This document shows, in pieces, positions 46,178 through 56,425 of a stretch of 64,000 bases of DNA; the stretch's first letter is position 1; each line of letters begins with the position of its first letter. Origin of the DNA: Minutocellus sp. GHC0000111 (taxonomy: Eukaryota); assembly GCA_977018835.1 (NCBI GenBank), contig OZ361258.1, positions 868,001 to 932,000 of the forward strand, given 5' to 3'. Below the pieces are notes generated by a model, which was given only the letters and a program-made list of their open reading frames with translations, ran no database searches and was not told where the DNA came from. The position numbers were made by a program, and so were the translations under genes.

Positions 46178-46543
46178 GAGCAACAGTTGAAGTTCAGTTT
46201 TATTTATATTCTCGGAAGGCCCAATGCAAGTCGGCTAGAGGCTGGTGTTTAGTGGGCCAAGTGGAGAGCAAGACAACACTTTTATTAATGGCGTGGCTTC
46301 CCTTTCTCTTGTGTGACTTGTGTTGTTTGCATGACTTTCTCTAGCTATAGCTAGGCCTAATTGTGCAGGAGGACAGGCTTTTCTGGATGTCCGTTTTTTG
46401 TAGCCTACTACACCAGTATACTGACGGTTATATCATAAGTACTTTCAATAAATCCTGTGTGCAGTGTTTGTTACCAAATTAAGGAAAACGTCTGACACAC
46501 TCAATAAATCCTGTGACTGGATCATAAAAACATACGCACTGTA

Positions 46544-48860
46544 CGAGGTCAGATTCGCGAGAAATCGAGCGCCCGGTTTTTGACTGCTTTCGAGGGGATT
46601 GAAAAGCGCCTCGAAGAATAGTCATGCTGAAATATTTAAGAAAATGGCTATTTTTACTCTAATTTTGATTTATCTTCATGTGAAACAATAATTCGGATAA
46701 GACTTTAGATTTCAGCGGCTCTAATCAAATGGACGCGTTCGTGCGACGCGACGGTTCGGCCTCCATCTCGTCTTCATCTTGAACGATGGCATGATACTCG
46801 CCTCGGATCGGCAGTACGATGCATTCGTCCCGGATCTCGCACCACAGCCAATCCGGGATGAGCTTGAGCTTCTTTAGCTCCCGCTTCACGCCGTTGAACT
46901 TGTAGATGAAGGTAACTGAGGAGTGGAACATCTCCGCGGCGGCCTTGTCGTACACCGATTCAGTTATTGCCACGACATCATCCATGTCGAGGGGCATGTT
47001 CTCGGCCCTTATCGCCCGGCAGACGAGTCGACTGACGACATTGAGGAGCATGTGCTTCTCAAAATCCTCGGGCCCGTCAATCTTGAGAGTTTTCTCCTGG
47101 TCAATGATGATGGCCAAGACAGCGGTGAGTATGTGTTCAATCCATTTGTGTCTCGGGCGGAAGTCGAAGCTGAGCATTTCGATGACGCGATCGGCATACT
47201 TGGACCGGTATACTGCTTCCCAACGAGTGCCGATGATTCATCTGATTCGGCCGCCTTCCGTTCTGTCATCGACGATCTTCTTGCAACGGCGACCCGGCGG
47301 TATACTGCACCATGTCTCTTTGCAATTGCCAAGTGCAGGGAGCAGGCAATGGTGGACTATTCGGTGCTGTCCAGCGCAGAGCATGGTGCACGATTTTCGG
47401 GATGGATGAAGGCGTATGGTGCTCTACCTGCATCTGAGAAGGCGATGTGGGAGATGAAGAGGAGATCTCATCTGGCTATGCAGCCATGCATTCGAGATGT
47501 TATTGTTGATGCTCTGATACGAAATCCTCGCGAATCTTGGCGGGAGCTGGAGGTGGATGTCAACTTTTGGTGTTCCTACTCGGCAATACGGCGGTGGATA
47601 ATGTCGCGGGAAGGGTTCCGGTACTATGCCGAAAGGATCATCCCTCTCCTTACTACACATCAGATGGAGAAACATTTGGCATTTGCGCGGAAATTCCGAA
47701 ACAATTGGGGGCTCGGCGGTGGCAAGTTTCTCCTTGTTATGTTCGATGAGAAGTGGTTTTGGGGCTTGGTTCTTCGATCGCATGCCAAGCAAGTTGCAGA
47801 ATTGGGTATTGATCCTCGGTCCTTCTCGGCATATCACCGAAATCACATCAACAAGTGCATGGTGGTGGCTGTCACTGCCTTGGCTTTTATTGACAGCATT
47901 GAGAATGGCGGCATTGCGTTCAAGCTTGGACTTTTTCGGGCTCAGGCGCATAAAATTGCGAGGCAGATGGTAAGGGAGGCGGTGCGGCAGGCAGATGGTA
48001 GAATCAAATATTGCGGCCCGGTGGTTCGGAAGAAAGACGATCTATACCTTGTGGATTGCGCGGTGACTGGATGCAGCCATGGCACCCTTGATAATCCCAA
48101 GTTCCCACTGAAAGCTTTGTTTGAGAACAAGATATTTCCGGATGTTGAGGCTTTGGTCGGACCTGGTGGAAAGTTTGAAGGCTATGTCCCTATTTTCCAG
48201 GGCGACAATGCTGGGCCCCATGCCGAGACTGAATTTGTGGAATATGTGGAAGGATGCTGTCGGGACAAGGGATGGCGTTGGGAACCTCAGGCCCCGCAAA
48301 TGCCCCATATGAATGTTCTTGATCTGTCTGTTTTCCCTTGCATGTCAAAGCAGCATACAATGTTGTGCCGCGATCGGGAGGGGCTCTGAAGGTTTTGACA
48401 GAGGATCAGACTTGGGATGCAGCGGAGGAAGTTTGGATGGGGCTGGAAAACTGGAAGATCGCATATCGGCATACATCCAGGCTCATAGAATTGCAAAGAA
48501 GGTAATCGTTGCAAAAGGCAACAATGATTTTCTTGGAAACGGTGAAGGCATTCATGTTGGGGTGCGAAAGGATTTCAGGCCGACTGAAAATGGCATGGTT
48601 CGGATAGATGGGAAAATTATCGCTCCTCCTCCTGCTGATCCAACCATGGATAATTAGTCCTGCGGTGCTTTTAAGTTATAATATTGTGTTTAAAAATACT
48701 AGATTGGATTGTAGATCTGGATACTAGCTGCTGCAATACATGTACTTTGCATTGTACATGTATTCAATGCCGGTAGATCTAAGATTCAGGCGGTTGCGGG
48801 CCCAAAAAGTCGCTGTTTTGGTCCCGACCCTGCGCTCGATTTCTCGCGAAACGGACTTCA
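46544..48860 (+). mobile_element. Tc1/mariner-superfamily DNA transposon with imperfect inverted repeats flanked by TA
   Basis: Left end TA|CGAGGTCAGATTCGCGAGAAATCGAGCGC matches the reverse complement of the right end, TA|TGAAGTCCGTTTCGCGAGAAATCGAGCGC. An internal transposase is present. Confidence 0.75.
47240..48657 (+). pseudogene. Mariner-like DDD transposase (DD38D spacing), frameshifted near 48385 and 48470; N-terminus uncertain
   Basis: VMFDEKWF, FQGDNAGPH and PQMPHMNVLDLSVF; the C-terminus VIVAKGNNDF lies in another frame. Confidence 0.8.
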
Positions 48861-49501
48861 TACGTGTATGTTTCTCCGCCCAAAGAACTTATTTCGCGAG
48901 AAAAAATCAGTTTTTGATCACGGCTTTTTCTTTGAGGGTTAGGGTTTGATCCCAAGATTGGCCGGCCAATCTGACGAGTCATTCGACCCTACGTACCTAG
49001 GTACGTACTAGTAGCTAGCCCCTACGACATGACATGACGCAAGTTAGAAACAACTAACTTAAAAGAAACTCCTCAGCAGTCTGGGAAATGCATAAATTTC
49101 AATTCTGCTGGTGGCCACCGCTTTTTCACGCACCTGCTCCAACTTGATGCGTCAGTCTGCTCTTTATCATCACTTTTCTCACTGGCAAGCCGAGCATCAA
49201 CTGGAAATTGTTGCTGCTTCCCCGCCGGCGTGAAAAGACAAAACAGCAGCAGTCTCATCATTTTATCAGAGAGTGGGGTTCGTTTTCTTGAGCGTCGACA
49301 AAGCAAAGGAAAATCAGCACATCCCTTCTTGCGATACGTTTCACATCGCTTTATCTTCTTTCGACGACTTGAAAACCGACGGCAATGAGTCCGTTGATCA
49401 TCAACAACCAAATACAGCAGAAGAAGAAGTATACTACTAGTACGACCAGCAGTAATCAAAGAACGGCGAATACCAGCAGATTCACCAGTAGTAGGAAGAG
49501 C

Positions 49502-52060
49502 ATGACCGTCCTGTCCGTGGCGGCGGCCTACCTCGCCGCTCCTGCCGGACGGAGGGCCGCTGGATCGTCTGCATTCGTTCGGGCGTTCACTCCCCGCGCC
49601 CTCGATGCGGTTGCCGGCACCAGCAGCCGCAGCCGCAGCACCAGATCGGCTGCGTCCCATCTCATCTCGGCAACAAGGAGCAACGACAGCAGTCGGCGCA
49701 TGTTTTCGTCCGCCGTCGTGAGGGATGACGACGACGACGAGACACCTCTCACTCAGATGCAAATGTCGACGACCGTTGAGGACGATCTGGATGCCGCTCT
49801 CGATGATATTCTGTCCGGTGCCTTCCAGGATGCTGGTGATGTTGCCGCGGCGGCTGATGAAGATGACATCGGCTCTGCTGCCAATGGTGCTCATCCCGTC
49901 CCCGACGCCTTGGTCCAGACCGAGGACTTTGACTATCGCGATCCCAAATTCACCAACACCTCCAACCCGTTCTGGCTCGATGCTGGTCTGTCGCAGGATG
50001 TCATTGACGTCCTTTCCCACAAAGGCATCGTCAACCTAACCCCCGTGCAGGCCGAGGCCTTCTGCCCCGTCGTTGCCGGCAGGGACGTCATCGGCCGCTC
50101 TCGTACCGGTACTGGCAAGACGCTGGCGTTCGGTTTGCCGTCCGTTACTCGCCTCGTCGAGCTGGCCAAGCAGAAGGGCCTCATGGACGCCCGTGGTCGC
50201 ATGAAGCGCGGTCGGGGCGTGTCCATGATCGTCCTCTGTCCCACCAGAGAACTGGCCCGGCAGGTCGAGGAGGAGCTCAACGCCATCTCCAAGCCGCTCG
50301 GTCTGTACACCGCCTGCTTCCATGGGGGTGTCTCGTACGGTCCTCAGTCCGGTGCCATCCGTTCCGGTCTGGACATCCTTGTCGGCACTCCCGGTCGCAT
50401 CATGGACCATCTCGACCGTGGCAACCTGGACCTTTCCGAATGTGAGATTGCCGTCCTAGATGAGGCCGATGAAATGCTCAATATGGGCTTCGCCGAGGAT
50501 GTTGAAGTCATCCTTGAGGGTATTGGCTCGGCCAATGCCGAGAAGACTCAGTGCCTCCTCTTCTCTGCCACCACCCCTCCGTGGGTGCAGGAGATTGGCC
50601 AGCAGTACCAGAGGGACGTCCTGTCCATCGATTCCACCACCCAGGATGGTGATGGAGGCTCCCGTGCCGCCACCACCGTGCAGCACGTTGCCCTGCAGGT
50701 CCCTCCCGGCCCTGATTCCAAGAAGGCCATCCTCGAAGACATCATCGCCGTGGAGATTTCCAAGGGCGCCGAGGAAAAGCTCGATTCCATGGCTAATGGT
50801 GCCATTGGCGATGGCGAGGAGGCAGAAATGAACCCCATCGCCGCTGCTGCCATCGCCAAGAAGAAGAAGAGTGGACATCTCAACCAGAAGATCTTTGGCA
50901 AGACCATTGTCTTTGTTGAGACCAAGCGCGAGGCCGATGAGCTCGTTTCGGGCGGCGTCTTCAAGTCGCTTACCGCCCAGGCTCTTCACGGTGATGTCGG
51001 CCAGAAGCAGCGTGATGCCACCCTTGCCGCCTTCCGTTCCGGTGCCTTCAACGTCCTTGTGGCGACCGATGTTGCCGCCCGTGGCATTGACATCAAGGAT
51101 GTCGACCTTGTCATCCAGTTCGAGCCTCCTCGTGATCCTGACACCTACGTCCATCGCTCTGGTAGGACCGGACGCGCTGGACAGACCGGAACTTCAGTTC
51201 TTCTGTTCGATCCTCGTCAGGCCCGAAACATTGTCCAAATTGAACGCAATCTTGGCCATGGCTTCAAGTTCGATTTAAAGGGCCCCCCCTCTACCGAAGC
51301 TGCTCTTCATACCGTTGCTCTTACGTCTGCTCTCGCCTCGCGCAGTATTTCCGACGATGTTGCCAAGCACTTTCGGGAGGCCGCCGAGACACTTCTTGAA
51401 GACAGTGAAGATGTTGTCGATATCGTTGCTCGTTGTCTGGCATCTGTCTCTCGTCGCTCTGCCGACGTTGAGAGCCGATCCCTCCTCACCGGAGAGGTTG
51501 GCCTAGCCACCATCGAAATGACCAACTCCCGAGGCCGAAATATCTCCCCCGGTGATGTTATGTTTACTATTTCTAAGCTTGCCCGAATGAGTCAGAGAGA
51601 CGAGAATGGCCTTGGCTTCGACGGAGATGTTGGAAAGATCCAAAGCAATCCCGAGAGTGGCGCAGCCATGTTTGATATGGGCATCGCTGATGCCAAGAAG
51701 CTGATCGAATTCAGCAAGGACATTGATGCCGGTGGATCCGAGTTCAAGATCTTGAGAGAAATGGAACTTGAGCGCGGAAGGGACTTTGGCCGTGGATATG
51801 GCGGCCGAGGAGGACGTGGTGGAAGAGGCGGACGTGGCGGAAGGGGCTACGGTGGCCGAGGCGGCCGAGGTGGCTACCGCGATGGTGGCTACCGCGGCGG
51901 CGGATATCGCCGCTCTGGCAACAACTACCACGGAGGCAGCCGAGGTGGTAACTACGAGAATCGCCATGAAGGTGGTGGAGGAGGCGACAGAAGATTCCGA
52001 GGAGGAGGAGGCGGCGGAAACCGATACAATGGTGGCGGCGGAGGAAACGATGGCTGGTAG
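49502..52060 (+). CDS. DEAD-box RNA helicase (DDX21/RH3/RH9-like), probably organelle-targeted, with an RGG tail
   Basis: Q motif, SRTGTGKT, PTRELA, TPGR, DEAD, SAT, ARGID, HRSGRTGRAG and C-terminal RGG repeats; Ala/Ser/Arg-rich presequence. Confidence 0.92.
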   Translation: MTVLSVAAAYLAAPAGRRAAGSSAFVRAFTPRALDAVAGTSSRSRSTRSAASHLISATRSNDSSRRMFSSAVVRDDDDDETPLTQMQMSTTVEDDLDAALDDILSGAFQDAGDVAAAADEDDIGSAANGAHPVPDALVQTEDFDYRDPKFTNTSNPFWLDAGLSQDVIDVLSHKGIVNLTPVQAEAFCPVVAGRDVIGRSRTGTGKTLAFGLPSVTRLVELAKQKGLMDARGRMKRGRGVSMIVLCPTRELARQVEEELNAISKPLGLYTACFHGGVSYGPQSGAIRSGLDILVGTPGRIMDHLDRGNLDLSECEIAVLDEADEMLNMGFAEDVEVILEGIGSANAEKTQCLLFSATTPPWVQEIGQQYQRDVLSIDSTTQDGDGGSRAATTVQHVALQVPPGPDSKKAILEDIIAVEISKGAEEKLDSMANGAIGDGEEAEMNPIAAAAIAKKKKSGHLNQKIFGKTIVFVETKREADELVSGGVFKSLTAQALHGDVGQKQRDATLAAFRSGAFNVLVATDVAARGIDIKDVDLVIQFEPPRDPDTYVHRSGRTGRAGQTGTSVLLFDPRQARNIVQIERNLGHGFKFDLKGPPSTEAALHTVALTSALASRSISDDVAKHFREAAETLLEDSEDVVDIVARCLASVSRRSADVESRSLLTGEVGLATIEMTNSRGRNISPGDVMFTISKLARMSQRDENGLGFDGDVGKIQSNPESGAAMFDMGIADAKKLIEFSKDIDAGGSEFKILREMELERGRDFGRGYGGRGGRGGRGGRGGRGYGGRGGRGGYRDGGYRGGGYRRSGNNYHGGSRGGNYENRHEGGGGGDRRFRGGGGGGNRYNGGGGGNDGW

Positions 52061-52369
52061 ACACAAAACTGCTATCAATATCTGTAGGCCGTGTAACTTA
52101 ATAAAATGGGCTGTAGAAATAATTTGCTGTTGCAGGCTTGTGCGTGTAGACTTACTATGGACTTACCATTACCTAGATATTCTGATGTAAGTGGATCTAG
52201 TGACGGTAATTGATGATGTTGTTGGTTGACAATCTATTCGAGTTGCGACGTAGGAATTCCTACATTAGAATACAATCCCAGCACTTTATCATCGTAATAT
52301 GCCCACGCAAGTGCTTCATATATGCAAATATTGCATGTTGAATATTCCCAGCCAAAATAGCTCCTCATG

Positions 52370-52937
52370 CTATTGGAATTCTTGATAGCACCGTAGAACT
52401 ACCCTCAACAAATCATAAAACGAAGACAACGATACTCGCAACATTTTCGCCTCAGTTGCTTCTACCGAACTGTGACGATGGTGTAGAGAAGTGAAGAAGT
52501 CAGCAAGGCAAGATCGAAGTATGATGATCAATACGTGTATTAGAGAAATAAGTACGACGGAATTGACGAAATCAACTCCACCACAAAGTCGCCCACGTAC
52601 TGGGGGGCACCACACTACGATGTCGTACCACAGGTGCGGAGGAAAGACATTGCTCTCTTGTGGAGCTCAATTGCTTATACCACCAGGCAGGACATTCATA
52701 TGAAACTCACACTCTCATTATTACACCGCTTTCATCGTCTCCCCCCGTAGACGGCGCAATAGCAAAGGTCTCTACCACCTTATCACCCAGCTCTCCGTCC
52801 ACACTCAGGACGTCCATTGCATGCTTCGCTTGCTTTGGGGTGGGAAATGTCACCTCAACCTGAGCCTTGTACGGTCGCGGATCTGCAGCCTGATTCATCT
52901 CTGACTCGCCCCCGCCGGCAGAATTGCTAATGCTCAT
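52370..52937 (-). CDS. PCC1: KEOPS complex subunit Pcc1/LAGE3; intron 52470-52710
   Basis: VTFPTPKQA..AMDVLSVDGEL joined across a GTGAGT...CAG intron to EATEAKMLRVSLSSFYD.L. Confidence 0.82.
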
Positions 52938-53293
52938 AGTTTTTATCACAATGCTTTCTCTCAGATGCGACCGAAATTCTGATATGATTGGCTGCCCCGC
53001 CGATCCTTGCCTTGTATTTTGCAATTTGCAAATTTATGTTGCCTGGTTTGCGGTTACGGTTGATGAAGCATTCGGTTGAAGGACAGACATTTGCGCAGGG
53101 CGGCGCAGGCGCCGGCATTGCGCCAAGTCTGGAATGTATCAGCACCTGCAAACCGATAGATCTACATGTAGCAGCTACACATTCGTAACGGCGAGTTTGC
53201 AGTAGATCTGGTATGAACTTCCTACGGTACGTGTAGAGATCTACCCTCGTGAATTACAGTTGCCAATCTTCGCTCGATTGGGGGTGGTATGAT

Positions 53294-54910
53294 TCAATCT
53301 CCACTCACCATCGTCGATTCACCACATTTCATCCCGCAACCCGACATGAGAAGATCACATGTGATTCCATCAGATTTCGCCTCTTGCATCCACTGTATTC
53401 TCTGTGAAAAGAGATCATTTGCATGTTTGTACAGAGCCACGTCCAACGTGTTATACACCTCAACCCCTTTCACAACGTCGCTGGGGATATCTTTTCTCTT
53501 CTTGGGCTTGTATTCAAATCCAAGTTTGTTACAATCGTAGCAGAATGTGAAGCAGAGCAACTCAACACTTTCCTCCATTCGTTCAAATATAGAAAAGTAA
53601 GGCATCCTCTCTAAGCGTTGTACCGCAAGCTTAAAGTCAGGTGCCTCTACCCCCTGCTCATTCTGAGCAATGGCCATCTCTCGGGTAAATGCAGAATCGT
53701 ACATCTCCTTTACATCTTTGTAATAATGGACAGGATCGTGTCGAGGTGCAAGAGTGCCAGCAAGCATTCGGGTGAAAATGTTCCATCGATGATGCGCAAA
53801 TCTCATGTAGCTGTTGAAATCACCATCGAGGCACCACGTATTTGACTCGTTATCGAGCGATTCGCAGTCATTCTTTCGGCACGAGAAGCCATGCGCTTCC
53901 TTTCCCGCCGATCTTGATTCGTCCCATATTCTGCACACACCTGAGTCTTTCCAATCGGGGGCATACCCTACCTTGTAATCTTTGTAATGATATTTGGCCG
54001 GATCACGCATAATTGTTCCTGGCGCAACGAATTTATGCATGGCACTATTCATGTCGACCTTGCCGTCTTTCCCCGGCGTTATCTTCATTTCATATCCTCC
54101 TTGCTTGTTCTTACGCAATCGCAGACAAGTTTTGCTCATCATGCTCATGCTTTGATAGTCCATGTGCCCACCGCTCTGCGGGCATCGGACCAAGGCACTG
54201 AATCGCCGGAATAGGGCTGGATCACACTGCTGCAAGGCGGCAGACGAGAGTCCCATTTGATGCGTCATCATCGCACTGCCAACTGGTACTAGTGGGCCCT
54301 TTCTTACTCTACTGACGCAGCCAACCTCACAACCACCGGATCGATCAGCTGGTGACATTGCCCCACCAAGTGCCATGTAACTGTCTAAACTGGTGGTCCC
54401 TGTATTGGGCATTGCCAAATTGATCCAGACAATTGCACTGGACATAATATCCTCGGTGAGAGCAGAATAGAATCTGGCATCGGCTTCATCAAAACATGTT
54501 TGGTTCACATTTGTCACATCTGTCATGTTGCACAGCACTTTGTTGGGGCTGATCGGAAGGGCCTCGGGGAACAATTCGGCTACATTTCGACACTGACCAT
54601 CTTCCGTAGCCCGTCTATTATTCGTCACGCCAGCACCTGCTCTATCATCCCCAGTACTTTCATTGCCATCCGGCGACGATGGACACACACTTTCCGGGCA
54701 GGCAGGTGATAGTAGCGTTGCCAACACAATGCATGTGGTGAGGAAGGACATCAAGGAATAGCAATGCCTTCTCGCCGGCGTGACGTCCGATCGTGATGGT
54801 GGTGGGCGGGTGAATGTTCTCTTCTGATTATCAGTGGCCACAGTAGACACATCGATCGCTCGTGCTTGGTGCGCACTTTGGCTTACGATGGGCCCTCGTC
54901 TCTTGTGCAT
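53294..54910 (-). CDS. Divergent sulfotransferase-like membrane/secretory protein
   Basis: N-terminal hydrophobic segment; MPNTGTTS resembles the 5'-PSB loop; C-terminal RLE...FSIFERMEES..L and YNTLDVALY..A..LF are typical of the Sulfotransfer_2 family. Confidence 0.55.
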   Translation of the reverse strand: MHKRRGPIVSQSAHQARAIDVSTVATDNQKRTFTRPPPSRSDVTPARRHCYSLMSFLTTCIVLATLLSPACPESVCPSSPDGNESTGDDRAGAGVTNNRRATEDGQCRNVAELFPEALPISPNKVLCNMTDVTNVNQTCFDEADARFYSALTEDIMSSAIVWINLAMPNTGTTSLDSYMALGGAMSPADRSGGCEVGCVSRVRKGPLVPVGSAMMTHQMGLSSAALQQCDPALFRRFSALVRCPQSGGHMDYQSMSMMSKTCLRLRKNKQGGYEMKITPGKDGKVDMNSAMHKFVAPGTIMRDPAKYHYKDYKVGYAPDWKDSGVCRIWDESRSAGKEAHGFSCRKNDCESLDNESNTWCLDGDFNSYMRFAHHRWNIFTRMLAGTLAPRHDPVHYYKDVKEMYDSAFTREMAIAQNEQGVEAPDFKLAVQRLERMPYFSIFERMEESVELLCFTFCYDCNKLGFEYKPKKRKDIPSDVVKGVEVYNTLDVALYKHANDLFSQRIQWMQEAKSDGITCDLLMSGCGMKCGESTMVSGD

Positions 54911-55166
54911 GTTGACGGCCGAGTGAGTGAGGACACGGCCAATGGATGGCCGAGGGGTGCGGTGGAATGGGACGCAGTGGGTGGAATGGGACAATGAAAA
55001 AAGATTTATGCCCTCATCACCTTCGATTTATTTTTTCCGTTCAGTCGACCGCGGGATCACTGGGCCGAGCCCACTGCCACCGCACCACCACGAAGTGATT
55101 GGATGAACGCGTGTGCCTACTAAGAATAGGAGTAATTTCCGCCGCTTTCAAGCTGTATCTGAGGTG

Positions 55167-56111
55167 ATGATGCTCCTCTGCTCAAGCCATCGTCGCTCCT
55201 TTATACTAGCGCTGATACTCGCCAGTCTACTGACATTCAAATGCCCGGGCTTCGTCGAAGGCGGCGAGGCATCTACTTCCACACTTGTGACCGCTGCAAC
55301 CGACGATACCGACAATCGACATCGGCATCTCAAACACAATCTCGACCCGACGCCTCCGGGATACGAAGAAGATATATGGTGTCCTCGAGGCACATGCAAC
55401 ATGGAAGTGGCCAACGACTTTGGTGCAGCTGGTCCTTCGAGATTCTTTCATGAATGCTACAGCAAGGATCTTTCCACATATGTAGAAGAAGCGTGGACAG
55501 GATCACTCACAGACATTGAACCTCCGCAGGATTGGATAACCGAGCCCGAGTTGAAGAAATGCCGCCAATCGCCTGTACATTGGTCCAAAGTTGTTCGGAA
55601 AGATGGCGTATTTGGAATCTTCCGTATAGCTGGCGGCGACAATTCGATGGTGGCCTCTCGTAATGTTCGAGGGCGACCATTGGCCCGTGCGGATTGGTGC
55701 TGGGATATCAAGGGCGGGATGAAGCCAAACAACAAGATCATCTTGAAACAATGCAATGAGGAGAGTACAAAGCAATTATTCGTCTTTAGAATTGCACAAG
55801 GGTCCACCGAAAGAGGGTATCAGAAAATTACGTTGCATCCAAAGCGAAAGAAGAACTTGTGTGTTGGCGTAGCAAGGGTTCAGGGAAAGAGTTGGCTACG
55901 ACTTGAGAGGTGCATCGATGACGACGAATCTCAAATCTTTGGCCAACACCTGGGATCCAACCTCTGCGGCAAACTGGACGTTCCGAATACAGATCTAATT
56001 GTCACAACGCAGGGATTGGAGCCATCGAAGGGAACGGCCGTCATGCTGAGATCTCAGAGAGAAGTGGAGAGATTTAGAGATGCAATTTCAATGTGGTGCC
56101 CCTCAAAGTAA
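55167..56111 (+). CDS. Secreted protein with a ricin-B-lectin-like (beta-trefoil) domain
   Basis: Signal peptide, RHL motif, and repeats WCWDI...IILKQC....KQLF and LCVGV...LRLERC.....QIF. Confidence 0.6.
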   Translation: MMLLCSSHRRSFILALILASLLTFKCPGFVEGGEASTSTLVTAATDDTDNRHRHLKHNLDPTPPGYEEDIWCPRGTCNMEVANDFGAAGPSRFFHECYSKDLSTYVEEAWTGSLTDIEPPQDWITEPELKKCRQSPVHWSKVVRKDGVFGIFRIAGGDNSMVASRNVRGRPLARADWCWDIKGGMKPNNKIILKQCNEESTKQLFVFRIAQGSTERGYQKITLHPKRKKNLCVGVARVQGKSWLRLERCIDDDESQIFGQHLGSNLCGKLDVPNTDLIVTTQGLEPSKGTAVMLRSQREVERFRDAISMWCPSK

Positions 56112-56425
56112 GGAGTCTGGTCAAGTTTGAATAATTTTTGGCTGTGTGTATCTATTAGATTGTTTCAGTAGGTAAAAGGTAGAAAAAAATTCGGCAAAGC
56201 ATTTTTTTAGCTCGTTCAGAATTAGGTTGCAGATCTATTGAAAGCATGGCCGCACCTCTCCATTTAGAACAAAAATCCTTCTTCCAGACAAGCTTCTACT
56301 CTCTATAGATCGCCACTGCAGTTCAATGATCTCCCGCCACAAGAGACCCCGATGCGATTGTACCATGAGTGAAAATACATATACTGCCGTTTCAGTCGAA
56401 TTAAACCCCCAAGAGATCCAAAGAT

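Noticed and set aside
46445..46515. Direct repeat TCAATAAATCCTGTG (two copies) left of the mariner element
   Set aside because: There are only two copies and no counterpart at the right end, so it is neither a TSD nor a CRISPR-like array.
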